A stretch of DNA of 64,000 nucleotides from NCBI GenBank assembly GCA_038227875.1, contig JBBRPR010000006.1, positions 64,001 to 128,000 on the forward strand, in the 5' to 3' direction. The number at the start of each line of letters is the position of its first letter. The stretch's first letter is position 1. The translations under genes and the position numbers were made by a program. Source of the DNA: Planctomycetota bacterium (GTDB lineage Bacteria; Planctomycetota; SZUA-567; H5-PLA8). Below, piece by piece: positions 47,395 through 57,548 of the stretch. Below the pieces are notes generated by a model, which made no database searches, was not told the origin of the DNA, and saw only the letters and a list, made by a program, of their open reading frames with translations.

Positions 47395-49695
47395 CTAGAA
47401 GGGGAAAATGCCATAGTAGCGGGGCTCCTGCCCCGTCCAGAAATACCACATCGGTCCGACCGCGATCCAGAACATCCCGCCGCACAAATCGCCGATGATC
47501 AGCCCGATGAACAGCGGCTTGAGATTCTGATACGTCCGCCCGCCCCCGATCCTCACCACCAGCATCTTGATCAGCCAGCCGAGCATGAATGACCAGAGAA
47601 AATTATTCGTCGCCCAGACGTTCCAGAACAAAAACGCGACCGGGTGCAGCGGCCACCACGTGTAGCGCAAGCGCAGCATCGACGTCAACGCCACCAGGCC
47701 AATGCCGATGATGAAGAATGTGACCAGGCTTGGGTTGGTGTCGCGCACGTCGCTCGACAATCGCCCCAGCCCCTCGACCGTCTTGGAGACCTCCAGATTT
47801 CCGGTGCGCTTGAGCTTCTGAATTTCACGCGAGACGTCTGACGCAAAACTCGTCGGCACCCAGCGGCCCATGTGCCCGTCGTTGGCCGCGCCGCGGCTGT
47901 AAATCACCCACAGCATCGCAATCCCCGCCACGAACAGCGCCGGCACCAGCATCGTCATCATCGCGCGGCTCAGCGGCGCGGGCGCCACCTGGTTACGCCC
48001 TCCCAGGCGCAGGCAGTTGATCACGTACGGCGCAAGGCACTCGCGATTGTCCTGCATCGTCGCCACGGTCACCAATTGCAGCAGGTACAGGCTGGCCGGG
48101 CCAATCGCCGCCGGACCCAGCGCCGCGACGATCAGGGCGCGTGCGAAAAATGGCGTACCCATGAAGGGAATGCCCGTCTCCGCCGACGCGCGCGCCAGCA
48201 CCAGGAACATTACGCCGATAATGAAGACCATCGCCGTCGCCAGCAGCCAGTCCAGCCCGAGATTGATCAGGAGCAGGATGAACAGGATGGTCGCCGCGAT
48301 AAACCAGCGGCACGCCGCGACGGCTGTGTCGTTGGGATCGGCGTCCGAACGCCAGAAAAGCGCGCGCTTCAAAATTGCCAGATAATAGTAGCGCCCCGTG
48401 TAGCAGATCACCGCCGCCATCGCGACGTATGAACCGAAGAGCGTGAAGTTCAGCTCGTCGCCGTTGATCGGCCGGCCGAACTGGTACATCGTCGCCGTCA
48501 GCACCGCCAGCAGCGGCAGCGACATCCCCAGGCTGAACGAAATCTCTTCGGGGAGAAAATACGCGAAAGCCACGATCGTCAGGTAGACCACGCCCGCGTA
48601 CATCATGTACGTGTTGCCTGCGGCGTGGTGGAAGTACTGAAACTTGCTCCACCAGATCCCGCTCAAGTTCCAACTCATCGGAATCTTGATCATGCGTTCG
48701 TCGTACACATGCCAGCCGTTGATTAAATGCAACATCAGCGTGCAGCCGAATGCGATCCAGAAAAGCCGGTTGTAGAACACATCGCTGAACGTCCGGCCGC
48801 GCTCATTTTTCATCAGCGAGTACGCGAACTCGGCAATCGGATACGACAACTGCTCGTTCTCCGACCACTGCCGGTGAACAATGCGGCACATGCTGATGAT
48901 AAAGATCATCATCACGATCAGAATTGGAAACCAGACCTTGGCCGGTCCCAGCCACGCCCACAGCGGCAGATCGGCCAGATGGTTGAGCACTCCATGCACG
49001 CCCTGCTTGAGCCACTCGGCAAACGGCGTATCGCGCAGCGGCGGCAGATCCTTGCCCTTGGTGAGTCCTTGCGCGTAGCCGTCGTAAACGCGGCCGTCGT
49101 CGTCGCGTTTGGGAAAGACATTCGGATTGATTTCCGAGACGTAGCGGTCCGGCTCGGCTTTCTGCCAATCGGCGACCGCCTTGCCATAATGTTGGGGCAT
49201 CACCAGCATCTGCGGCAAGTTGCGCATCAACCCCGAGGTCGGCAGCGAACCGGCGACCAGCGTCATCGACAGAATCACGACCAGCTCGCCGCGCGTGAAC
49301 ACCCGCAGCGGATTGACGCGCAACAGCGCCGAACACGCCGCGACCAGCGCGCAGATGGGAATGAAAATTTTGAGCGGTAAGGCGCTCTGCACCAGCCACG
49401 AAAATCCGCTGACCAGCGCGAGCGACGCTACCATCACCACGGGAATGAACCCGCTGCGCTGCGCGAATTTGCTCAAGAGTGGATTCACCACGACGAGCAT
49501 CACAAAGAACGCCGTGTAGACCGTCAACGGCAGATGGTTGCCGACGAAGAGATTCTGCTTGATGCCGTAATCGTTGTAGTAGGAAAATCCCGCGATGAAC
49601 AACCCCGCGCCCAACCCCAGCAGCATCGACCGCAGGGTGAACGAACGCGTATCTTCAGGGGTCTTAGTGGGGGGACCTGCCAGCACTCGAAGCAC
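47395..49695 (-). CDS. OPT-like polytopic membrane protein (DUF6785/DUF6784-like)
   Basis: Many TM helices; RQWSENEQLSYPI, AETG, WWPLHP, PLFIGLIIGD motifs. DUF label is from recall. Confidence 0.75.
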   Translation of the reverse strand: MLRVLAGPPTKTPEDTRSFTLRSMLLGLGAGLFIAGFSYYNDYGIKQNLFVGNHLPLTVYTAFFVMLVVVNPLLSKFAQRSGFIPVVMVASLALVSGFSWLVQSALPLKIFIPICALVAACSALLRVNPLRVFTRGELVVILSMTLVAGSLPTSGLMRNLPQMLVMPQHYGKAVADWQKAEPDRYVSEINPNVFPKRDDDGRVYDGYAQGLTKGKDLPPLRDTPFAEWLKQGVHGVLNHLADLPLWAWLGPAKVWFPILIVMMIFIISMCRIVHRQWSENEQLSYPIAEFAYSLMKNERGRTFSDVFYNRLFWIAFGCTLMLHLINGWHVYDERMIKIPMSWNLSGIWWSKFQYFHHAAGNTYMMYAGVVYLTIVAFAYFLPEEISFSLGMSLPLLAVLTATMYQFGRPINGDELNFTLFGSYVAMAAVICYTGRYYYLAILKRALFWRSDADPNDTAVAACRWFIAATILFILLLINLGLDWLLATAMVFIIGVMFLVLARASAETGIPFMGTPFFARALIVAALGPAAIGPASLYLLQLVTVATMQDNRECLAPYVINCLRLGGRNQVAPAPLSRAMMTMLVPALFVAGIAMLWVIYSRGAANDGHMGRWVPTSFASDVSREIQKLKRTGNLEVSKTVEGLGRLSSDVRDTNPSLVTFFIIGIGLVALTSMLRLRYTWWPLHPVAFLFWNVWATNNFLWSFMLGWLIKMLVVRIGGGRTYQNLKPLFIGLIIGDLCGGMFWIAVGPMWYFWTGQEPRYYGIFPF

Positions 49696-50038
49696 CTGTT
49701 ATGCGGCTATTTGAAAACGGTTCGCCACCGCGGAGTGGAGACGCTCTCACGCCCACCGCGACCACACATCGTTCACTGAGCCCCGCGCTACACAAGATGG
49801 AGGAAATTTATCCCGCCATCTTACGTACTTAAGGCAGATGTACCTATGTCCGTTTGTCTCTTCCGGGCTCCTAGAACAGTAGTAGCGGCACGTGTATATA
49901 CAAGTCGAACCACGTGCAAGTTGGGAGATTCCTTTTTATTATCAGTTAATTCTCATTAGCGGAACAGCTGATTCATTGTCAATTCACTTCGCTACATCAC
50001 CGTGTAACGTTGTCGCTTTACATCATGATTTTCCCAAT

Positions 50039-50869
50039 TCAGTATCGAGGAGCCGTCTTGCGGTACGTCGCCGGCGGCGTCCCCATCCGCGCTTTGAACA
50101 TCCGCGAAAAATGAAAGCGGTCCAGAAAGCCATGCCGATCCGCGATCTGCTCGATGCTGTCGGTCGAGAAAATCAGTTGCTGCGCCGCCTTGCTCACCCG
50201 CCGCTCCAGGATGAATTGCGCCGGCGTCTGCCCGATCTGCTGCCGAAAGAGCCGGATCAAGTGATCGCGGCTGACGTGACAGACGCGCCCCAACACCGTG
50301 TTGTCGATCGGCTCGGCCAGATGCGCTTCGATGTACTCCAGTGCCGCGGTCATCGTCTGCCTCCCGATCAAATGTTGAGCACAGCGCTCGCGCGCGTCTG
50401 AAGACAATTCGCGCAACACGCCGGCCAAAGCCACATAAATCATTGCCTTCGTGCGCAGCAGCACATCCAGCGTCACCGGTTCATCGGCGATCATGCGCGG
50501 CATCCACGCGGCCACGAGTTCATCCAACTGAGGATCGCGCCTGAGCTGGTACATCTGATTGAAGACCGCGCGAATCACCGTGGCCGGGAGGCTCATCAAC
50601 TCAAAATGAGCGTAGCAATGATCGATCGTCGGCACGCCGCGTCCTTCAAACTGCACCCACGCCGGGATGATGTAGACCCGGCCGGGCAGCATGTTCAGTT
50701 TCACCTCGCGCGTCCAGATCTGCGCGCCGCCACGGGAATTCACATACAGCCGCCAGAAGTTGTTGTTGAACGGGCCTTTCCAGCCCGGACCCAGTCGGAT
50801 GCAATGGGTCGTGAACAGCCGGATATGCAGACTTTCGAGCACCGTCACTTCCGAAAATGCTTGTGGCAT
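50039..50869 (-). CDS. AraC family transcriptional regulator
   Basis: SRDHLIRLFRQQIGQTP; SIEQIADRHGFLDRFHFSRMFK..GTPP. GGAGG RBS. Confidence 0.93.
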   Translation of the reverse strand: MPQAFSEVTVLESLHIRLFTTHCIRLGPGWKGPFNNNFWRLYVNSRGGAQIWTREVKLNMLPGRVYIIPAWVQFEGRGVPTIDHCYAHFELMSLPATVIRAVFNQMYQLRRDPQLDELVAAWMPRMIADEPVTLDVLLRTKAMIYVALAGVLRELSSDARERCAQHLIGRQTMTAALEYIEAHLAEPIDNTVLGRVCHVSRDHLIRLFRQQIGQTPAQFILERRVSKAAQQLIFSTDSIEQIADRHGFLDRFHFSRMFKARMGTPPATYRKTAPRY

Positions 50870-51012
50870 GCAGTCTACCCCCTCCTAATCATGTCGTAAA
50901 AGTACATAGTTTCGCCATTCTTAGCCATAGACGATCTGTGCACAGATGTTGTATTGGTACATACGTCGAACAAACGTTGCGTTTACCTCTCGCCCACTTC
51001 AAGGAGTCACCC

Positions 51013-52053
51013 ATGGCCGCATCGAAAGTCCGCCTCGCTGTCGTCGGCGCTGGAGGTCAGTGCACCCACGCGCTGATGCCCGGCATCCCCTACATTCCCG
51101 AACTGGATCTCGTCGCCGTCTGCGATCTCAAGCGCGACCTGGCCGAACGCAACGCGCGGAATTTCGGCGCCAAGGGCGTCTACACCGATGTCCACGCCAT
51201 GATCCGCCAGGAAAAGCCCGACGCCGTGATCGTCGTCGGCCCGCCGCAAATCCACGAAGACATCGGCCTGCAGGTGCTCGAATCCGGCTGCCATCTGTTC
51301 ATCGAAAAACCCGCCGCCCCGACGATCGCCGGAGCCAAGCGGCTGGCCGATTGCGCGCGCAGTTACAAGAAGATTGGGCAGGTCGGCCACATGATGCGCC
51401 ACGCCGATCCGGTCAAAGTCGCATGGGACATTTCGCACGCGCCGGACTTCGGCAACATTCTCTCTGTCGAAAGCAAGTACGTCACCTGGCCCACCGGCGC
51501 CGCCGGGAAGAACTCCGGCTGGGGCGATGCCGATGAAGACTGGCAGTACATGCTCGTCCAGGGCGGCCATCCCATCGACCTGCTGCGCCATTTTGTCGGA
51601 CAGGTCACACGCGTCGCCGCCTTCCGTTCACACGGCAAGGGCAACACCAAGTGCTACCAGGTTTCGATCGAAGGCGCCGACGGCCGCGTGGGCTTCCTCA
51701 ATCTGCAGGACAGTTTCAACGGCTGGTACACCGGATTGGAAATCGTCGGCGAAAATCAGGGCATCGTCCGCGTCGATGACCTCGGCACCGTCACCTACCG
51801 CAAAGGCGAGAAGCGCACCGAAAGCGAAAACGGAACGTGGGGCAACACCGCCTACACCTGGGAACCGCACCACACGCTCACCGCGTGGAAGCGCTCCGGC
51901 TATGGCAACCAGTTCCGCCACTTCGCCGACTGCATCCTGAACAACAAGGAACCCTACCCCAGCCTCCACGACGGCTACATGAACCTTGTCGTCGGCCAGG
52001 CGATCCTCGACGCCTGCAAGAGCCGCAAAGTCGTCGAAGTTCCGCAGTCGTAA
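51013..52053 (+). CDS. Gfo/Idh/MocA family oxidoreductase
   Basis: AVVGAG, VAVCD, HLFIEKP, GGHPID. AAGGAG RBS. Confidence 0.93.
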   Translation: MAASKVRLAVVGAGGQCTHALMPGIPYIPELDLVAVCDLKRDLAERNARNFGAKGVYTDVHAMIRQEKPDAVIVVGPPQIHEDIGLQVLESGCHLFIEKPAAPTIAGAKRLADCARSYKKIGQVGHMMRHADPVKVAWDISHAPDFGNILSVESKYVTWPTGAAGKNSGWGDADEDWQYMLVQGGHPIDLLRHFVGQVTRVAAFRSHGKGNTKCYQVSIEGADGRVGFLNLQDSFNGWYTGLEIVGENQGIVRVDDLGTVTYRKGEKRTESENGTWGNTAYTWEPHHTLTAWKRSGYGNQFRHFADCILNNKEPYPSLHDGYMNLVVGQAILDACKSRKVVEVPQS

Positions 52054-52089
52054 GAACAATTCTTAACAACAAGCGAGCGCCCGGGCTCT

Positions 52090-52269
52090 TTGTAGTCCGG
52101 GCGTCTCGCCCGGTCTAACCTCGGAAGAAACACCCAGAATAGATTTGTTCGATTGACGTGCTCTACCGCGAAGCAAAACTCGTTGCTTCGCGGTAGAGCA
52201 CATCCAATCGGATGAATCGCCCGTCTAGAATTGGCAGTACCCAGACCGGGCGGGACGCCCGGACTACAA
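52090..52269. repeat. Inverted GTAG-type REP pair enclosing a 19-bp-arm hairpin (REPIN/BIME-like)
   Basis: ttgtagtccgggcgtctcgcccggtct (52090-52116) and its inverted copy (52243-52269, one mismatch); inner arms 52158-52176 and 52183-52201. Confidence 0.85.
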
Positions 52270-52270
52270 C

Positions 52271-55200
52271 CTACTTCAACACACCCTTCAAATAAGCCGC
52301 CACATTCTCCGCAACGCCAGCCTGATCCACCCGAACCGCCGCCGGCGCTCCCGCCAGGTAGTACGCATTAAACAGCCGCGGAAATCCCGCCGCCGCTTCC
52401 TCGGCCTTATCCAAGCGCTGATTCCACGCGTTGACGCTTCCCGCCAGCAGCAACGGGCGCGGCGCCGCGGCCGCGCAGATGTCCGCCACGTCGCAGACTT
52501 TCAGAATTCCCGGCACGAACATCCCCCACGGATGCATGAAATAAAGCTGCGGACAGATCATCGCGTATGATCCCAACCCGCCGTGGACCGCGCAACACGA
52601 CAGCTTCTCATCGAGCGCGAAGGCCAGCAGCGCCACTGCCGGGCCCAGCGACTGCGCCTGCTCCAGCGCTTCCAGCCCTGCGTCGGTCGCCAGCCGCGGC
52701 TGGCGGATCTGCGTGGGGTTGACTCCGGACTCCGAATCCCCCGCGATGCCCACCCGCGCCGCGTCGACGTCCTCCCGACCGCGCAACCAGGTCGCGCAAC
52801 TCAGCGCGTCGCGCACGCGCATGCCGATCAACGGATGCGCAACGCGGAACGAGTACCCGTTGAGCTCCGACTCGCCGCCCAGAAAGGTTTCGTCGTCGTC
52901 GACGCGCGTCTCGCCCGTGGCGCGAAGATCCGGTAGCAGCACACTCACGCCAGACTCCAGCAATCCGCGCAGCACCGGCCAGCGCGTGGACAGCGCGCTA
53001 CGCTTGCCGCGTTGATCCAGCCAGATCACCGCCGGCGATTTTCCCGCGCGCCCCGACTTCACCCAGACCGCCGGCACGAGCACGCCGGGTTCGGTTTCCA
53101 GCATCCACTTCTCGACCGCGAATCCGCCGAAGTTCTCTGACCCGCGCAGCGTCGCCTTCGGCGCCGCCACCGGCCCCGGCTCCAGCGCCAGCAGTTCGCG
53201 CAGCCGCTGAGTGATCTCTGCCGAGCGTGCCGTTGCACTCGCTGCGTCTGCCACGCCGTTGCTGTACGAAAGCGGCAGCGCGATCGCGCGCGTGTTCAAC
53301 GAATGAACCGTCTCGGCCCCGGCCAGTTCGCGGCTGTAAAACACGTTGCCCGCTTTGCTGGCGAAAAACGTGTCCTGTGGAACTTTGCTCTTCTTCTTCG
53401 AGTAGGGCGGCGTCTCCGGATTCGGCGGCAGCGTCCGTGCCAGCCAAGACTTGAACGGATTGAAGTGCGACGGCCCATAGCCGTGCGGACCGCTCGTCGG
53501 TACATACTCCAGTTTCGCGCCCGCGCCCTTGAGATTGTAAATCCGGCGCGCGATTTCGTAGCTGGCCAGATTCTGCTGCCTGGCTTCGTCGCCGCTGACT
53601 TCGCAGATCACAATCGCCGGCCGCGGTGCCATCAGCGAGAGAAACCCTTCGGCGTCCAGCGCCCATGGATAGCTGCCGAAGAGCACCTGCTCCGCGTCGT
53701 AATTGCCGCCGCCACCACGCGAATTCCCCAGCGCCGAAACCGGTGCCGACGCGGCCACGCGGTCGTCCAGCGCCGCCACGTAACCGGTCAGCGTGCCGCC
53801 GCCCGACGCGCCGGTCAACGCCACGCGCGCCATGTCGACCTCGCTTCGCGTCTCCAGAAAATCCAGACCGCGCATCACGTCATAGACCATGTACCCCGCC
53901 AGATTGGTCCCGGTGAGCACGCAGCCCGCGCCTTCTTCGTAATGGTTGCTGGTCGGCGTGCGCGAGCCGAACCCATTGTTAACGTCGATGCGTTCGCCCT
54001 GCCCCAGCAGATCCAGCGCCAGCACGGCGTAGCCGCTGCGCGCCAGTTCTTCGGATTGCGCCAGGCTGGAGAATCGTCCGCGCGTCGAATGTCCCGTCAG
54101 GAACACAATCGTCGGGGCCTTCTGCCCTTTCTGGCTCAGCGGCAGAAACAAATTCGCGCTGACGAAAAAGCGCGGCCGGCTTTCGTACAGCACCCGCTCG
54201 CAGCGGATCTCGTCGTCCTCAAACACCAGCGAGACACGCGGGTTGAGCGGGAATTTTTTCTCCGGCGCCGCGCCGATCGATTTCCAGAAATTCGCGCGTA
54301 CCTGCTTTTTGACGACTTCCCACGCGTCCCAATCCTTGACCGCCTCCCACTGCTTGTCGCGCTGCGCGAACGCCTCGCGGACATAACGCCGCTGATGCTC
54401 GTTGACCATGTCCGTGAGCTTCAGCTCGGTCCGCTCCTTTTCAGACACGAGGTCCCAGTTGAAAACCGCCTCCGGTGGCAGCGCCTTGGGCGTGGTCGCC
54501 AGACGCCATGCCGATCCCTCCGCCGACCAGTGGTTGAGTTCCTCGCGCTCGCCCAGTTCAGGGAGCAACGTCGCCGACTCCAGCCAGACGCTGCCGAACC
54601 GCGCCGGATCGTGCAGAGTCCACGCGCCCGGCCGCGACCAGACGCTCGTCTCCTCCACCGCGCCGTTCCGTCCAGGCCGGTTGCGTACGATGTTCATCCC
54701 CCACAGCGCCGGAATCCGTCCATCGACGAAAGCGAACGCTGCGAAGGGCACGACGACGTCGACCGTCCAGCCGTCCTTTGATTTGCTTACATGCGTCTCC
54801 GTACCCGGCAGCGGTTCGGGCTTCTTGCCCTTGTTGATCTGCGCCGCTCCGGCCGCATTGACGATGATCTGCCGGTAGTCGCTGCCTTCCCGCCGCCCCG
54901 GCGCGAGAAAGATTTCGACGCTGTCGTCGTCCCAGATGTTCTTCGCGTCCTTGGGCTCCGCGGCCTTGATCGAACTCATGTCGCGTTCCGAACACGCCAC
55001 GTGAATATGCAGCGCGTCCTTATCGCGATGAACCTGCGCCACGGCAGCCTGCGTCGCTCCCGCCGCCCGGTCGTACAGCGGCAGGAGCGCCAACGTCGCC
55101 GCGCGATCGCCGCTTAACGACGCGTCCTGCAGCAACGGCACGAGGGCCGCCGGCGCCTGGTATTTTCCGCTCAGAATATCCAGCGCCGCCGCGGAACTTC

Positions 55201-56050
55201 CCGCGAGTTTCAGCAGATCCTGTCCTGCCGGAATGAATGTCTCGAGCGCCGGAAGCGCCAGCTTTTTCTCGACCGCTTCGAAATACAGCGTCCCCAGTTT
55301 GTCCGGCACAAACGTGCGCAACTCTCCGGTCGAACGCCACGCCGTCTCTTCCGCGTTCGCCCCGTCCCGTCCCTTGCGCGAGCGCGAAAAATTCCCGCTC
55401 CACGCCAGCGGCAGTTCGCCCTCCGCCTGCAATGCGCGCAGCGGCACGCACAGTTCCACGCGCCAGCCGGATTGAAGAATCCGCGCGCGCGTACGAATCG
55501 TCGGCCGCGCTTTCTCGCTGACACCAAAAACGCTCACCGCGCCCGCCGGGTTGGCAATGAGATGAAACGGCTCTGGCCCCTTCTCCGCACCGTCCACCCT
55601 TGACCGGAGAAAAATTTCGATGCAGTCGTCGCGCCACAGATCCTGCGAATCTTCGCCGATCGACGCATACACCAGATGCTGAGCATCGCCGTCCGCGCAG
55701 TCGAACCAGAAGTACAGCGCGCCGCCGCGCGTCAGCACTTTCGCCGCCGTCGCCGCCTGCCGCGCATCGCCGCTGCCATCGAGAAACACAAACTCCTGCG
55801 CCGCCACGCCGCGCCAGACCGATTCGGAAATCCACTCGCCCGGCGCCGCTGCCGCGTCAACGTCCGGCACAAACCAGAGCGTGTTTCCCTGCGCCGCCGT
55901 GGCATCGCGCTCCGGAATTTTCAGCCCCGCCGCCCACGCCTGAAACGACTGCGACGTCGCGCTCAGCGCCGCCGCCCCTTCCTGCGTCGCCGCCGCGAAC
56001 ATCACGCCCATGAGCGAGACCACAGAAATCCATGCAAAGCCACGCGGCAT
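52271..56050 (-). CDS. Secreted multidomain protein: two CBM9-like modules plus two alpha/beta-hydrolase (acetylxylan-esterase-like) domains
   Basis: WRDDCIEIF and WDDDSVEIF modules; GHS...GQGER...TGASGGG...GPHGY; second hydrolase-like domain PDLRATGE...GMRVRD. Confidence 0.78.
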   Translation of the reverse strand: MPRGFAWISVVSLMGVMFAAATQEGAAALSATSQSFQAWAAGLKIPERDATAAQGNTLWFVPDVDAAAAPGEWISESVWRGVAAQEFVFLDGSGDARQAATAAKVLTRGGALYFWFDCADGDAQHLVYASIGEDSQDLWRDDCIEIFLRSRVDGAEKGPEPFHLIANPAGAVSVFGVSEKARPTIRTRARILQSGWRVELCVPLRALQAEGELPLAWSGNFSRSRKGRDGANAEETAWRSTGELRTFVPDKLGTLYFEAVEKKLALPALETFIPAGQDLLKLAGSSAAALDILSGKYQAPAALVPLLQDASLSGDRAATLALLPLYDRAAGATQAAVAQVHRDKDALHIHVACSERDMSSIKAAEPKDAKNIWDDDSVEIFLAPGRREGSDYRQIIVNAAGAAQINKGKKPEPLPGTETHVSKSKDGWTVDVVVPFAAFAFVDGRIPALWGMNIVRNRPGRNGAVEETSVWSRPGAWTLHDPARFGSVWLESATLLPELGEREELNHWSAEGSAWRLATTPKALPPEAVFNWDLVSEKERTELKLTDMVNEHQRRYVREAFAQRDKQWEAVKDWDAWEVVKKQVRANFWKSIGAAPEKKFPLNPRVSLVFEDDEIRCERVLYESRPRFFVSANLFLPLSQKGQKAPTIVFLTGHSTRGRFSSLAQSEELARSGYAVLALDLLGQGERIDVNNGFGSRTPTSNHYEEGAGCVLTGTNLAGYMVYDVMRGLDFLETRSEVDMARVALTGASGGGTLTGYVAALDDRVAASAPVSALGNSRGGGGNYDAEQVLFGSYPWALDAEGFLSLMAPRPAIVICEVSGDEARQQNLASYEIARRIYNLKGAGAKLEYVPTSGPHGYGPSHFNPFKSWLARTLPPNPETPPYSKKKSKVPQDTFFASKAGNVFYSRELAGAETVHSLNTRAIALPLSYSNGVADAASATARSAEITQRLRELLALEPGPVAAPKATLRGSENFGGFAVEKWMLETEPGVLVPAVWVKSGRAGKSPAVIWLDQRGKRSALSTRWPVLRGLLESGVSVLLPDLRATGETRVDDDETFLGGESELNGYSFRVAHPLIGMRVRDALSCATWLRGREDVDAARVGIAGDSESGVNPTQIRQPRLATDAGLEALEQAQSLGPAVALLAFALDEKLSCCAVHGGLGSYAMICPQLYFMHPWGMFVPGILKVCDVADICAAAAPRPLLLAGSVNAWNQRLDKAEEAAAGFPRLFNAYYLAGAPAAVRVDQAGVAENVAAYLKGVLK

Positions 56051-56132
56051 CACCGTTGTCCTCAATTGAAAACGCCATCAATCCCACCTTATATAGGTAG
56101 GACCCCGGTCAGAGTTATACTATATACAACGA

Positions 56133-57548
56133 TCAGGCGCGGATATTGTCAGACTTTTTAATTCCGGCTGTCATTTCGAGCGCCAAAACCACATTGGCCA
56201 CCACCAGCAGCGGCGCCAGAGGATAAACCATCCGCACCACCGTCGTCGCAAATCCGTAGACGCCAACATACCCCCCACAATACACCACCGCGATGACCAC
56301 GCCGGCGCGAAGCGCATCCGGCCACGCGCGCCAGGCGTCGCCGCTCGTCATCCGCTCTCTCCGCAATCGCCGAAAGTAAATCCACGTCGCCACCAGCGGA
56401 AAGAGATACAGCGCGAGATTGAACGCCTTCAGCAGCACGCTCATCGCGGATGAGTACAGCATCGCCGACAGCACCGGCACCTCGAGCGTCGCGAATCCCG
56501 TCACGCCGTGATGAAACACAAAGCGGCTCAGCTCAAACGGCGCGAAACCAAACTGCCGCACGGGCTCTTCCCGAATCGCCGCGAGGCCGCGCCGAAAGAG
56601 TTCCTCTTCCGGCACACCCGCGTCGATCTGTGCCTGTCCCAGCGCGTTCTCCGCCTGAAACGTATAGGCCGCCGGGTCGCGCTGATACATCCGCCGAAAC
56701 ACGGATTCCGAAAGCGCACACGTCACGTACGGCACACTGTCCGTCGCGAAATCAAAGCGCCGCGCGAATTCCGTCCGACCAAACAAGACCATCCCGCCGC
56801 GTTCGTAAATTTTAAGCGGCGTCGCGATGTTGTGCTGCTGAATCGCAAACCAGCCGCGCTGCGCCAACGCGCCGCCGCTGCCCAGCGCCAGCGCCACAAC
56901 CAGCGCCGCCTTGAGCGGCCAACGCCGCCCGTTGCGCAGCACCGCGCAGATGATCACCGTCGCGACGAGCAGCAGCGCCAGCACTTCGTGAATGATGACG
57001 AACGACCCCTTCGTCAATCCCAGCGCCGCGGAGAGCCCAAACACCGGCGCCGCCCACAGCATCGCCCGTCCGCTCTGCCCATTCCGCGCCGCGCGCCACG
57101 CCTGTCCCAAGGCGCAGTGCAGCAACAGCACCAGCGTGGCGAGAACACCTTCGGCGTAAACCGCGCCATTCATCAGCACGAAAAATGTCGGCACCGCCGT
57201 GATCGCCAGCGCACACAACCAGCGCCGCGCGCGCGAGTCAATCCGCGCCGCGCAGAATGTCGAGAGATACACGTACAGCGCGGCGCAGAACGCCACGTTC
57301 TGCAGCGGCGGAAGACAACGCTCCACCGGCAGACGCAGCGTCATCAACAGCGCCAAAAGCGCCGGAAAAATCGGTTCGCGAAAATACGGATGATCCGTCC
57401 CGTGCGCAACGAACCCCACCGCCGCATCGAGATAAAACGTCGCGTCATGCCCCGGGTTGACATCCGGTCGGATACAAAACGAGAGCGCCAGCATCAGCGC
57501 CCCCACACCCAGCGCGAGCCACACGTCAAGCCGCTTGGAAGAATTCAC
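56133..57548 (-). CDS. Polytopic membrane protein, GT-C glycosyltransferase-like
   Basis: GHDATFY after TM1, FREPIFP, YAE, TK, RMVYP. Confidence 0.55.
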   Translation of the reverse strand: MNSSKRLDVWLALGVGALMLALSFCIRPDVNPGHDATFYLDAAVGFVAHGTDHPYFREPIFPALLALLMTLRLPVERCLPPLQNVAFCAALYVYLSTFCAARIDSRARRWLCALAITAVPTFFVLMNGAVYAEGVLATLVLLLHCALGQAWRAARNGQSGRAMLWAAPVFGLSAALGLTKGSFVIIHEVLALLLVATVIICAVLRNGRRWPLKAALVVALALGSGGALAQRGWFAIQQHNIATPLKIYERGGMVLFGRTEFARRFDFATDSVPYVTCALSESVFRRMYQRDPAAYTFQAENALGQAQIDAGVPEEELFRRGLAAIREEPVRQFGFAPFELSRFVFHHGVTGFATLEVPVLSAMLYSSAMSVLLKAFNLALYLFPLVATWIYFRRLRRERMTSGDAWRAWPDALRAGVVIAVVYCGGYVGVYGFATTVVRMVYPLAPLLVVANVVLALEMTAGIKKSDNIRA

